This document shows, one piece after another, positions 45,103 through 58,400 of a stretch of DNA of 59,355 bases (positions are counted from its first letter, which is position 1; each line of letters starts with the position of its first letter). The position numbers and the translations under genes are program-made. Below the pieces are notes generated by a model, which ran no database searches, was not told the DNA's origin, and saw only the letters and a list, made by a program, of their open reading frames with translations. Origin of the DNA: Macrostomum lignano (taxonomy: Eukaryota); NCBI GenBank assembly GCA_002269645.1, contig NIVC01004122.1, forward strand, positions 1 through 59,355. The letters are read 5' to 3'.

Positions 45103-46671
45103 TCACTGATACGAAGTGCTGTTCTGTACGCTGTGATCATCGAACGGCATTCTGCTCGACTCATCCTGACCGTCGACACCTCCACTGCGGTGAAACTGAC
45201 TCCGGTCATCACCCGTCGACACTCGTCTGTATCGAATCTGCGAGAAGAAAAATTTTATAAGGATATAAAATATGTGTGACAAGAAAGTCCTATTAAGCAT
45301 GAATACATAAAAGCAACACAATAAGTACTGTTCTCTTTGCTATTCAATTTGCGATTTTCAAAATAAATAGCTTAACTGAACACCTGTCTAACTTGGTAAC
45401 CTAACAAACTTTATTATATTTAATCTTAATACTAAAAGTGGTGCGTTGTTTGTCTGTATAATCAACTAAATTTGTAGAAAATCACTCACCTTTTTGCCAT
45501 TTCCGAAGTCCCTCACAATTTCCTTCGAGTGTTTGTCATAAAACTCAAACAAGGCAGCAGGCTCCCGAATTATGGTCACACTTTCGTCTCCAATCTCATC
45601 AGCACCAAGTCCTGGAGTAGGCACTGGAGCGGGCACAGGTTCAAACCGGGTATCGCCTTCCTTTGCATTCCTATACCAGTCAGCCAAGACTCTGGCTTCA
45701 CCATCGTCACTGTTGCATTTTACGTCAGAGTTCGAGCATCCCAACGTGACGGAGCCCGAATACTCCTGCACCTTTGCTCTTCTTATGGACAAAACATCGC
45801 CGATGTTCCACCTGTCCACTTGAGCTGAGGACGAACCCCAAAACGTGCAGCTTACAGAGCCGAAGGTTCGGTCAATCAAAGTCACTTTGGCTACGTTAAC
45901 CTTTTTCCCAGCACGCGTTCGGACTTCTTCAGACGGTTGCCTGGCGTCGATCACTCCAAGCACATCGACGATTCTGATAGTGAAAGGGAGCAATACTTTT
46001 TTTAACTATTTGCACACTAACTTAAGCATCACATTAGATTTCTATTTGTACACTAACAGGAGCATCATGAAGCTAATAACCCAGGCTTCGTACAGTGTTG
46101 CGATGATAAATATTTTCAAACACAAGACAAACTAACTGTCACCCAAAAACACGATTACATGTACTTTCACTCCGCGATATTTGAGCACTAATACATGACG
46201 AAAACTACTAAATCAATTAGTCACTCACCTGTCCAATCCAGTCTGTTGCAGTTGATTAATGCTAGTGTAATCAATTACTGGATCTCGAGCAACCGGCACT
46301 TCGTTGCTTCTATAGATGAAGCCCTTGGAATCCACGGAAACGGTCATCTCAAGTGGATTGTCCGTACACTTGTACTCTGGCTTGGCAGTCTTCACCATCC
46401 CGCCGGATATGCGAACGGCTTCAGCATCGTTGCATACTTCCCAGATAGCTTGCAAATCCTTACCGAAGACGCTGACTCGCATCTCAGATGAGTCGTCCAC
46501 CAAGATGAACGAAAACACTTGGCCCTGACCTTTGTTGTTATTATACGTGTGAACGTCTTTCAGGTTCGTCACAAGGCCAGTGACAGGCGTAGGCATTTGC
46601 CCAACTGTCAGACCGGCAATCCCATCCTTCTTCGACTTCTTTTTCAAAGGTGACTCTGAATAAGAGGCCAT
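45103..46671 (-). CDS. RPA70-like tandem OB-fold ssDNA-binding protein carried by the Helitron (~350 aa)
   Basis: Exons 46229-46671, 45490-45973 and probably 45103-45237, with phases consistent. Motifs VFSFILVD.S.EMRVS.FG, IVDVLGVI, TLID.T..V..TFWG and L..WY resemble RPA70 DBD-A/B. The N-terminal KKKSKK is NLS-like. Confidence 0.82.
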
Positions 46672-47099
46672 TTTGCAGAAAATATTATTCAACAATTGAA
46701 AAAAGAACTGATAAAAAGTATCAATCAAACTTTTTCTAAGCAATGATAAGCTTTAACTGTAAGACAACAAAATTGGCTCAACAAATCACAAGCTATATAT
46801 ATGTAGAAATAAAAGTAGCCACGAAAAAAACACCACCTCCCCTCCAGCCCAGTACATTGTACTCAATTTTGCATTCATTTTTACTTTATTACACAATCTA
46901 ATTGGCTGGACACACAACCCAACCCAATCACTCCAGTGCCCAGCATTAAAGCACACACTGCACCCTCTGATGTACGCTAAGGTCTCCTCACTTTTCTCAC
47001 CTAATCCTTTTGTTTGTTTGCTATCTCGTTTTATGGTGACACAATTCTCACCGACTGACTCAGCAAGTGTAGGCAATACTTTAAGAGTTCGCGGCCGCG

Positions 47100-47420
47100 T
47101 GTACTTCACTGCACAAACAAAACTTGTATGGCGCGGCTGACTGGTTGAGCCATTTTCGCACCTTCTAAGCCGGGAAAGAAAAATAGGCGACCCTCCTCAA
47201 GTCAGGCTGCATGGCCACCAGTACGCTAGACAATTTTTAGGCCAATCGCCGCTCTAAAGCCCCGACCTGCACAACCGACCAATAGGAAGCCTCAGACTTG
47301 TACAGAAAACCACCGTAAGGCTCAGCGAAGCGACGACGCACAACCCATAACCCCTAATTTTATTCGCCCCTACACCTCAGTTTCAGTGCCTATATAGTCT
47401 GATATAGTCTGATTCATATA
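47100..47420. promoter_or_regulatory. Putative bidirectional promoter between the RPA-like and RGG/knuckle genes
   Basis: GC-richer island between divergent genes, with CCAAT at 47242 and 47279 and CCTATATAG at 47389. Confidence 0.4.
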
Positions 47421-47494
47421 TTTAGAGTCATATATTTCTATATTAGAGTCTCAACAAATCATATTTTCTCAATCAAATCATCAACAAATCAACA

Positions 47495-49802
47495 ATGCAT
47501 ATTACACAAATATTTGGTGGCGGCGGCGGCGGTAGGCGAGGCGGCGGTCAGCGCGGCGGCTGGCAGCGCGGCAGGGGCGGCCCACGCGGAAAGAGCAGTG
47601 AGTACCTTCCTAAGACACTGTAAATCTTGTGCTTTGAGTACATTCGAGTATAGTCTTAAATTTTATCTAATTGTAGCCTGTTACTGACTTTCATGCTACT
47701 CGTATTATTACTGATAAATTTTGCAAAAATTTCCCTTCTTTTAATTGCCAGTCGTTTGTTTCTTCTGTGGAGGCCGCCACCGCGTTGCCAGCTGCAACGC
47801 GATGAAGGCCGCCGCCCGCCTTCTGCAGCAGCAACAGCAGCAGCAACAGCAGCTCGGTGGATTCGCTGGATCCGCGGCTTCCTGTCGGACCGTCACAACG
47901 CAGTCCGCTGGGTTAACGCCACGAGCCGCAACAGAGTCTTCCGCGAAGGTCTGCCACAGGGCAGTGTGCTAGCGCCCACGCTGTGGAATATCTATGTCAA
48001 CGATTTAGCCCAAGCAGTCGCCGAGGCGAACCCTTTGGTTAGCCTCAGTCTCTACGCCGATGACTCGGCCTTACTGGCGACCGCTCGCACACTCGACATC
48101 TGTGCCAGAGAACTCCAACCAGCCCTGGATGCAGTGGCCGACTGGTGCCGAGATTGGAAAGTCTCCATTAGTACTGGGAAATGCTGCTACTCCACCTTCA
48201 CTCTAGCGGCAAATGAAAACAACGGCAAACGGAGAGTGAACCTCCAGATCAACGGCGACAAGCTTGCCTTTCGATCCAACACCGACCTTCCTGGGACTCA
48301 CTCTTGACGACAGCCTAAGTTTCAGCCACCATGCATCAAAGATCCGTAAAAAGATGGCCGCCCGCAGAAGACCTCTCACTGCCCTCGCTACCAGATCGGC
48401 CGGTGCGGACAGTCAGATCCTCCGCATGGCTTACATCGCCACCGTTCGCTCTGTTGCCGACTACGCGTGCGGGGTCTGGGGGTCTTTCACTGCAGCCAGC
48501 TCTAAGCTGCTGATCGACCGCCAACAGCACAGCTGTGCGCGGATCATCACTGGGTGCCTCCAACTTACTCACATCCGGGACCTGCTTGCGGTGGCGAACC
48601 TGTCGCCCTTCAGCCATCTGGTGCTACAACGTAGTGCGACGCTCAGAGAAAGAATCCTACGTCTCCCGCAGGACACTCCAGCACTTCAGGTCGCCAAAAT
48701 GGACACCCGACCACGACTGAAGAATCGAGCCTTTGAGAGCCACCAGAGAACACCGAGAGACCCAAAGGACATCGTCACCGTCCTCCACGACTACCAGCGA
48801 GAACACCGTGGTTGCTGGCGCCGCGTTAGCCAAGAGCTCGACAGACAGGGGCTGCTCAACGGCCCCACCAGGGAGCCCGCTCCGCAGCTCCAGCCGCCGT
48901 GGACGGCCCACGAAGCGATCACTTTCGACCTCAGTTTGGCTACGCAGTGCAGCCGCAGCCAGCCCCAGAGCCTCCGCAGCGATACTGCACTGAGGTACCT
49001 CGAGGAGCGCGGCTCCCACCCGGTCAGCGTTTGGACTGACGGCTCGGCCGCCGGCGGCACATCGGACGGCACCAGCGCAGCGGTGATCATCACCCCATGC
49101 TGGGGTCGGGTCGTCACCAGCGCTGCAGGGAACATCTGCAGCAGCACCCAGGCGGAACTCCAAGCCATACTGCTTGCCATCCAGAATACCAGAGAGCATC
49201 AATGTATCGACATCTTCACTGACTCCCAGGCGGCCATTTACAACATCATGGCGGGCCAGCGCAGCAACAGCAGAATCGTCTCCGAAATTTGGAACCAGAG
49301 TAGCGATCACTCCATCCGCATCACCTGGATACCGGCTCACTGCGGCATCCCCATGAACGAACGCGCAGATAGGGCGGCAAGACTGGCGACCGCAGATCAG
49401 AGCGACCATGGTGTCCCCATCATGGCAGCCAGCGCTTACCTCTGCCGGGAAAGACGTGATCTAGACCTCGAGCTTTGGGGCCGTAAGGCGCCATGGCCAA
49501 GACTCCCAACCTTGCCGAGGAAATTTGAGGTCCTGGTCAACCAGCTCCGCGCCGGCTGCAGCAACCTTGCCGCCGCCACTAGACTCCGACTCGGCCTGTC
49601 CGACTCCGACGTGTGCCCGGACTGCGGAGCTCGCGACACCGAGCAGCACATTCTTTTCGACTGCCCACGAGGGTTCGCGGCCCGCCCCGGCGAACAAGAC
49701 GCACTCCTGGTTGACGCGAGCCTCACCATCAACCTTCTTCACAGGCTGGGGCGCATCTAGCGCCCCCGTCTCTTGCAGCTCAGCTGACATCGAGACGTGC
49801 GG

Positions 49803-49833
<31 letters not shown>

Positions 49834-49971
49834 CAACAGCAGCAGCAGCAGCCGCAGCAGCAGCCGCAGCAGCCGCAGCAACAGCAGCAGCCGCAGCAAC
49901 AGCAGCAGCATCAGCAGCCGCAGCAACAGCAGCCGCAGCAACAGCAGCCGCAGCCAATGAATGAATTGTAA
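47495..49971 (+). pseudogene. Small RGG-box/CCHC-knuckle/polyQ-P gene (110 aa reconstructed), disrupted by LINE D
   Basis: Exon 47495-47597 encodes MHITQIFGGGGGGRRGGGQRGGWQRGRGGPRGKS. A GT-AG intron ends at 47751. Exon 2 encodes IVCFFCGGRHRVASC..LLQQQ. Removing 47854-49843 restores the frame into Q/P repeats ending PMNEL*. Confidence 0.75.
47854..49831 (+). mobile_element. LINE D (5'-truncated I-group/Ingi-like: RT + RNase H + Cys/His finger), (GA)n tail, 12-bp TSD AGCAACAGCAGC
   Basis: GLPQGSVLAP, YADD, FLG.TLD, WTDGSAAGG, FTDSQAA, WIPAHCGIPMNE, CPDC...H...C; stop at 49760; TSD at 47842-47853 and 49832-49843; one frameshift near 48270. Confidence 0.93.
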
Positions 49972-50059
49972 ATTCCAAAATATACTATGACTTTTTTGAC
50001 TTTTGATTAAAATCCGCGATAGACTTATTTATTTTTTTGGACTTTTGAAACAATGGCGC

Positions 50060-52410
50060 ACCAGTACAAAGTTTTGTGAACAGAATATTCTAATGCCATG
50101 AAATATTCAAAGTATAATTCATTCTCACCATAGCATGTCATGACAAAGAATGACCGTACATACACACTTACCATTTCATACTGGCTTACTTTGAAAGTAG
50201 AACAATACGAATCTGCATGAATAATTTCGCCGAACTATTAAACATTTCTAAGTTTTACGATTATTATACACAGTACAAAAAACTGTTTTATCCATTTTTA
50301 ACTGCTATAACTAACAAAGAAGCAAACGGCGAATTAAATTTTAAACTATTAACAACCACAAATTGAAGTTTAAAAATTGAAACAAAAGTTAAACAAACAC
50401 TTGTATTTATTCAAACGATATATGATCTGCTTCTGACTACTAACGCTGAGCAAGTTTAATATTTCGTACAGATATTGAAAAATGTAATAATTTATTACAA
50501 AAGGATAGACTGTCGCTTCAGCAGATGGTGCCATCGACAAGCAGCCAGTATAGCTTTAGCAGTACAAAAATGTACATGTATATGCCATCCTGACTACCTG
50601 CCGACTCGCGTCACTGCTCAATTGCATGCATTGGGTGTAAGCAAAGGTAGAGACACTCATTCTCAAACCAAACATTAAGTCGCTCCGCTCTGCTTAAGGC
50701 TGCTACAGAGCTTGACTGCAAATGCTCCTTTTAGAGTCTGGAACCACAGGGTATATAGAGCAGCTCCTATATCCCATTTAAAAACTCTTTTAGCCCAGTT
50801 AAGATGCAGTCAACCTACTCTCAATGAGGGCTGCTTCATAAATTCCAATTATACATACAGGTTTGACCTGCTTATACCTGTACTATATCTGTTTACTGAC
50901 TGTATTTTATGGTCTGTTCAGCGACTGTATTAGTGACTGCATTATTGTCTGTTTAGAGGCTGTATTGTCTGTTAAACGACTGTATTGTCTGTTTAGAGGC
51001 TGTATTGTCTGTTAAACGACTGTATTGTCTGTTTAGAGGCTGTATTGTCTGTTAAACGACTGTATTGTCTGTTTAGAGGCTGTATTGTCTGTTAAACGAC
51101 TGTATTGTCTGTTTAGAGGCTGTATTGTCTGTTAAACGACTGTATTGTCTGTTTAGAGGCTGTATTGTCTGTTAAACGACTGTATTGTCTGTTTAGAGGC
51201 TGTATTGTCTGTTAAACGACTGTATTGTCTGTTAAACGACTGTATTGTCTGTTTAGAGACTGCATTGTCTGTTTAGAGACTGTATTGTCTGTTTAGAGAC
51301 TGTATTGTCTGTTTAGAGACTGTATTGTCTGTTTAGAGGCTGTATTGCCTGTTTAGAGGCTGTATTGTCTGTTTAGAGACTGTATTGCCTGTTTAGAGAC
51401 TGCATTGTCTGTTTAGAGGCTGTATTGCCTGTTTAGAGACTGTATTGTCTGTTTAGAGGCTGTATTGCCTGTTTAGAGACTGTATTGTCTGCTTAGAGGC
51501 CGTATTGTCTGTTTAGAGACTGTATTGTCTGTTTAGATACCGTATTGTCTGTCTAGTGACTGTATTGTCTGTTTAGAGACTGTATTGTCTGTTTAGAGAC
51601 TGTATTGTCTGTTTAGATACCGTATTGTCTGTCTAGTGACTGTATTGTCTGTTTAGGGACTGTATTGTCCGTTTAGAGACCGTATTGTCTGTAGAGACTG
51701 TATTGCCTGTTTAGAGGCTGTATTGCCTGCTTAGAGACTGTATTGTCTGTTTAGAGGCCGTATTGTCTGTTTAGAGACTGTATTGCCTGTTTAAAGGCTG
51801 TATTGTCTGTTTAGAGGCTGTATTGTCTGTTAAGAGGCTCTATTGTCTGTTTAGAGGCTGTATTGTCTGTTTAGAGGCTGTATTGCCTGTTTAGAGGCTG
51901 TATTGTCTGTTTAGAGGCTGTATTGTCTGTTTAGAGGCTGTATTGTCTGTTAAGAGGCTCTATTGTCTGTTTAGAGGCTGTATTGTCTGTTTAGAGGCTG
52001 TATTGTCTGTTTAGAGGCTGTATTGCCTGTTTAGAGGCTGTATTGTCTGTTTAGAGGCTGTATTGTCTGTTTAGAGGCTGTATTGTCTGTTAAGAGGCTC
52101 TATTGTCTGTTTAGAGGCTGTATTGTCTGTTTAGAGGCTGTATTATTGTCTGTTTAGAGACTGTCTGCATAGTGACTGTATTATTGTCTGTTTATACCTG
52201 TACTACTATCTGTTTAGTGACTGTATGATCAGTGGCTGTAGTTTTGTCTGTTAAATGACTGTATATCATGTTCGTGTAAAACTGTTATAGATGAGTATAA
52301 GAAAGAACTTATGAAACATCCCTCGTAAATAGGATTTACTCAATGTACTCTCTCAGGGCTATCAGTTCATTGAGACTTCACGCGACTTTGATTTCATTCT
52401 CTACAGTCAG
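50060..52410. repeat. Copy 1 of the duplicated Helitron block, including the 20-bp array TGTATTGTCTGTTTAGAGGC (~60 copies, 50942-52200)
   Basis: Direct homology to 43720-45065 plus a visible tandem array. Confidence 0.95.
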
Positions 52411-52472
52411 ACGCCAGACACTTCTCAAACACATCTCTTGGACTTGAACTCACGAATAGCGTCCGAAATTGC

Positions 52473-55400
52473 TTAGTCTCCAGTCAGCACCTCTGGGTAC
52501 ACCACGTTCCTCGTCTTAGTTCCAGAAGTACGGACACGGACATTAGCAGCGTTCCTCGCTCGCGACAGAGCCGTATACAGCTGGCCATGAGTGAAGCAAC
52601 CGACAGCGAGGTCCACGCCAACTGTGTCCAGAGACTGTCCCTGCGACTTGTGGATCGTCAGGCAGAAGCTCGGCTTCACAGGGAACTGCAGCCGCTTGAA
52701 ACTGACGGGGAGGTCCGCATTGCTAGGAATAAGCGGGATTCGCGGCAGAAGAATCTCGTCTCCCGTGAACTGGCCCGCAGCAATCTTGCATCTAAGCACG
52801 TTCTCGCCCATCGCGAGTATGATGAGCCGCGTACCATTGCACAACCGTGGCGGGTTGATGTTCCTCAAAAGCACTACTGGCATACCTACTTTCAGCTTCA
52901 ACAAGTGAATCGGAAAGTTCGGGGCATCCAGCTGGTTGAGCAACTCAGGCGGGAAGTGCGTAGCGGCATCCTCATCGGCCACACTGTCTATTGAGCGGTA
53001 CTCCCGCAGGCTGCCGGGGAACATGCCCAGACACGTCTCATTGATGGCATCCACTGAGTCATTGTAAGGCGCCAGGATCACTCGGCTTGCAAAGTAGCTG
53101 TCTCTCTCCACTGGTTCTTCAAACGATGGGAACACAAAATTGATTAGATCAGTGAGAGGCCCTTCCGCAGAAATCACGATCTCGGCTGGCAGAGACACTT
53201 TCTCCTCCGCATCCTGCTTCATTGTTCCGGATCCGATGTGTGGATTGTTAAAATGTCGAATATTTCATAACCTATACACACTTTTAAGCATAGACATTCC
53301 TAAATGACGCAAACTTAAAAAAATTGAGCTCAAAAACAAATCCGCGTCTAGTGTATCATTGTCAATCATTTAATAAACTGATGAAATCAGACTTACCTGC
53401 TTGAGTAGCTCGGTGTACATCTGATACGCTACAGAATCGGAACTGCTCAGCATCCGGATGTTTCTCGTCAGGCGATGCCGTTGGAAGTATTTCCACAGTG
53501 AGGATCGGCTAACACACGCCATGACACTGTTAGCACGAGTCCCATGCACCACAACGGGTAGGAGCTGCCGGAAGTCACCAGCGCACACAAACACCAGTCC
53601 GCCAAATGGCGAGTCCTGCTTCCGCACATCTCGCAAGCACCGGTCGACCGCCTCCAAATCCTTCCGGTTTGTCATAGAAATCTCGTCCCACACAATTAGA
53701 CGCGCTGTGCGAAATACAGCAGCTTGTTTGGACTGCACTCCAACAGCGCACACGTCCTTGTTTGAGCGTAATACCCGAATTGGTATCTTGAACCTGACAT
53801 GGAAAAATTTGGGTATCATACAGCAGAGGAAGTATTCACATATTTACTTGTTTAATTATTCGTAAGTTACTAATAATTTACAAATTAAATATAAACAACT
53901 CACGTGGAATGCGCAGTTTGTCCACCTGGCAACAGAGTCGCTGCGATTCCTGAAGCCGCAACGGCGAGAGCGACTTCACCCCGGCTGCGCACGAAGGCCA
54001 GCAAAACCTCCAGCAGGAAAGTCTTGCCAGTACCAGCGGGCGCGTCCAGGAAGTGCAAGCCGCCGTTGCCGCTCACAAGATCCTGAGTCACTGACTCGTA
54101 CACGTCTTTCTGCTCGTCTGTCAGCATTGGTAAGCGTGCCTCAGTAATCTGCGCTTGCTCAATCGTATCGAACTGCATCGGTCCATCTTGAGGCATCACG
54201 GAGGCCGCAGGCAAGCCGTACTCTGGCAGGCTTCTCCCACCCATGGAGGTCAGCATGCTCTGCAGCTCGCGGAGCGCTAGGTCAGTAATCTCCTCGGCAC
54301 TTAAATCTCGATGGTGGAACCGCAGGTCCTCGCACATATCTTCGGCAAAAGAGCACCAAAGGTCGTTGCCATCCTCAGGCTCGCCCAATATGAGAATGAC
54401 AGCCAGAATGTGTCTCAGGGCTCTTGGCATTCTTGACTGAACGGCCTCAGCTAGGCACCGCCGCCAGTGGTCATCTCGCTGCAGCAGACCAAGTGCCATG
54501 CAAGCAGCCTTGGCGCTCGGATGCACAACGCCGTCCACGGTCTGCAGCGCCTCGAAGCTGGTTGGTCCCTTGACTCGCAAAAGAAGCATGCGAACATAAA
54601 ATAAATCACCAGTTCTTGGGCTCACCGTGTACATGCGTGCAACGTTTGTGTTCCGCACTACACCCGGGTGGCCATCGACTTTCGCGCCTCGCTTGGCCCG
54701 CCGCCACACTCTTTCACTGGCATGCCACACGAAGTAGGACGGCACCTCCGTGTAGAGCAAGGACCGAGCAAACTCGTCAGTACGGCACAGCTTGAAAAAT
54801 GCTGTCAACGTAGAGTCCCTCGGCGTCCTGGCTCTAGCACTTGCGGTCTGCTCGTTGAAATACACGAGCTGCTCCTCCGACTTGTGAACGCAGAGCCGGA
54901 TGACCGCCGGAAATCTGTCATGCACCTGATCAGAAGCTGGGAGAGAAATAATCGCTTTTAAGTTTTTTCTGAATACAAAAAGCCACAGTTTTGCAATATT
55001 TACTCTTAAAATTTAAAATATTTATTACTTCAAAGCCCAAAATTGTATTCACAGCTTCCATTGGGCCAATGTAGCGCGCAGACAGATACTCCTTGATTTC
55101 ATCACGCGGCCTCTCTCCATCGTTTGCCGCTACCGTTTGCGTCGGCTGCTGACTACCCGCACTCTGTTCTGTCGCTTCAGCAGAATTCTGATTGGCATTG
55201 ACTTTGAACGTTGCCATGTCGCCGCCCTTCAGCAAGTACTTGATCACGTACTTGACCGACTTTACAGTGGCGCAAACTTCAACGTTCATGTGGCACGCAA
55301 ACTGGAGCAACAGTTCAGGGCTATAAGGCACAACCCACCTGTGGTTTAAGGAAAAAAACATTGTCAAACGTTTCCAACATAAAATACAAGAGGCACCTAA

Positions 55401-58400
55401 TACTCATGACTCGCCTGTTGTCCATGCGAATGCTGCGGCCTTTGAACAGTTTGTCCACTGTAAATCCACCCATCTCAGGCGACAGTCTGCGGTACAGTGG
55501 GTAGCCAGTATCGCTGGTCAGCGTCACCTGCTGGAACTCCTTCGGAAAGCCCTTGCTGCATTCGCCATTCTCCATGCACGGGCACGCTGGATTGTCCTTG
55601 CCACAAGGGCCATGGATCATGTGCGTTTTCACCAGCTCATACAGCACAGGCTGCTGCTGTGGGTCCGGAATCTCGGCAGACACGATGTCATCGTATCGGT
55701 CCGGAGTCACCGCTGGCCACTCGCTAGCCACAGCAGAAAGTGCACATGGGGGAGACCTAAATTATCAAGAAAAGTATCAAGACATCTTTCAGTCCAATTA
55801 TCCGATCTGTATCGAATTTGCATCACACAAACCCACCTGTATTTAGTATCTTTATAACGATATAACTATATAAATTTCATAAAACATAATACTGAGACTT
55901 GTACTCACCACGCTTTTGGTACTCTAGCGAGCAGACGTGCGCAGCCTCTTTCCCATAGCGCTTCGTTAGCTGGGCCAGCAGAGCTTTCTTCTTCATTTCA
56001 AAGACTCGGCTAACAATGTCCGGTCGGTGTTCAGCCCGCTGTCCAGGCAGCAGCTGGGCGCTGATCTCCGGCCAATTCGGATTGCATGTTGCCGTGACAA
56101 ACAGGTCCGGCTTACCAAACTTGTGAACATAGGTCATAGCGTCCTGCAGCCTCTCCATCAGGTACCTTGGCCCGCCAACGAAGCTTGAGGACAGAAGCAC
56201 ATGTGCGGGCTTGCCTATGTCACTCGGATCTCTGTCCGTAGATCTGCCATCAGCTGCAAACAGAGCGTCCCGCAGACCGCTGTACGTCTCGCTGCGCAGG
56301 TCCTGCTGATGTGTCCGCAAATACAGCAGCCTCTCTGCCTCAATCTTTGCACACATGTCCACCAGGTACTGCTGAAACAACCTTCGGCCATAGTGCAGCA
56401 CACTGAACTGGCCCGCTCGCACCATGATTTCGCTTGCATAGTATTTCATGGGGTCAGTTTCTTGTCATTACTCATCCGCAACTCCGGGTGCCAGCCATCT
56501 TCGCCATTCGGGAACAGCAGCACATACTCCAGCGGGTCATATGAGCGGTGCGTCTCACTGATTCGCTGAGAACTGCCCCCACGCAGTTGAATCACGACGT
56601 CCCGACTGGCCGGTGCGTCCTCATTGTCCTCAACGATCAGGATACCGACCTCATTTGCCGTAGGCAAGTTGTAGCGCCTGATTTTAAACGGAGTTTGTGG
56701 GACACAAATTCTGTACAAATTGAATCACGTACTTATTACGCATTTTTGCGAGTTCGAGTTACAATCAAAATTCATAATCTCATTTTGATTTCGCTTTCGT
56801 TTACATTTTTAAATTTCGTTATAACAAACACGCTAACTTACCGAATGTGTTCCCCAGATGGTCGACGGTCAGGGTGAATCACAATTCGCGCATCTCCCAG
56901 CTCTGGGTCTTGGCTAATTCGCTCAGCAGCAGCCTTCAGGCTGCGGACATAGCCGTTGCACTCGTGAAGCAGCGTCTGCAGCAGCTCCAGTAGCTCCGGC
57001 TTTACCTTCTGGCTGAGACTCTGGCGGCTTTCGAGTTCGCGATCATTGAAATACACCTGCCATCCCTGAGCTTCAGCAGAATCCTCTGCAAACAGCGGCG
57101 CCGTGCGGTGATGCATCTGGCCGCTGATGATGAAGCTAGGACACCAGCCTGGCACCAACCGCAGTTTGGCACCCAGCGAGGTCAGGTGCAGCGCCGAGTT
57201 GTAGCTCCTGATGTTGGCCAGGAACGTGGCACTCAATCTGTGCCGCCCCATGTACAGATCCGCCAGCACTTGAGGCACGGTGCGGCTGGGCAGCTTTACC
57301 TTGCCTTTGGCGCAGCAGAAATTCCTGGTCTCTGCGCGCCAGAGTAGAGCACCGCATTCCTGGCATGCCCTGTCCATTGGGCCGCACTCATGGGCCGTGG
57401 CCTCTGGCCTCGGCATTCTGTCAGGCCTGCGATCGAGTTATATGCATGCACAAATAGTTACTATAATATAGACTGCCGATATTTATGAAATGTAAAGTGT
57501 ATTATGTAGTGCAATATAAAAAATTACTGTGACCAGTAGCACAAAAAAGCCTACCTATTTTGAGCAGATCCTGCATCAGAATGACCTGCACCAAAATGAC
57601 CTGACCCAGAAAGATCTGCCCCCTGCTCCGTTAAACTCGGCGCCTCTGTATCTGCAACGGGCTCGGAAACTGGCAGTGGATCAGTCACGCGCAACGACTC
57701 ATAGTGCTCATGACGTAAAAGGATGCGCACAATTGCAGTGGGTGGCTGCACAGTGGACATGCAGTACTGCAATACACTGCCATTTGCCTGATAAATAACC
57801 AGGTCAACATTGAAAAAACGGCTTAAAAGTGGCACGACTTCATCAGGAACATAGGTGCCCTCAGAAAAAGAGTCGTTAATAATGGAATCAGCATTTTCCG
57901 GTAAAATAAAACCTTCGTCAATCAGTTCTGGCATTACCTGCACTGCACGGCATGTCAGTTCATGCCTTAAAGACGCTGCATTGGTCTCAAGCGGAGTGCC
58001 TGCAACTGGTCACATACTGCATGAAAAAAGCAATTTCCATCACCCGGGATCCGAACAACAGTTAGCGTATTGAATGGGACCACAGCTCGTGTGGCCAACT
58101 CACCGCGCTGCCAAACCTGAAAGATTGAAATTATACTTCTGACTCTGAAAAACTCATTAACAGTTAAGACATAAAAACTTTGACTCATTCTTAAAAATAC
58201 ATATTCTTAGAAACTCATTATCTTCAGTACAAATTCTTAAAATATGATTCACAAATACTGTTTCTTAGAAACTAATTCTCGAAAATACAGATTCTTAGAC
58301 AGTCATTCTTACAAATTAAGATTCTTAGAAAAGTTTGTTGCAAATGTAGATTCTTATAAACATTCCTAAAAATACGGGTACTTAGAAACTTAATAGTCAC

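Noticed and set aside
46786-47109. 107-aa minus-strand ORF upstream of the RPA-like gene
   Set aside because: It has a non-ATG start and no domain; more likely 5'UTR or promoter DNA.
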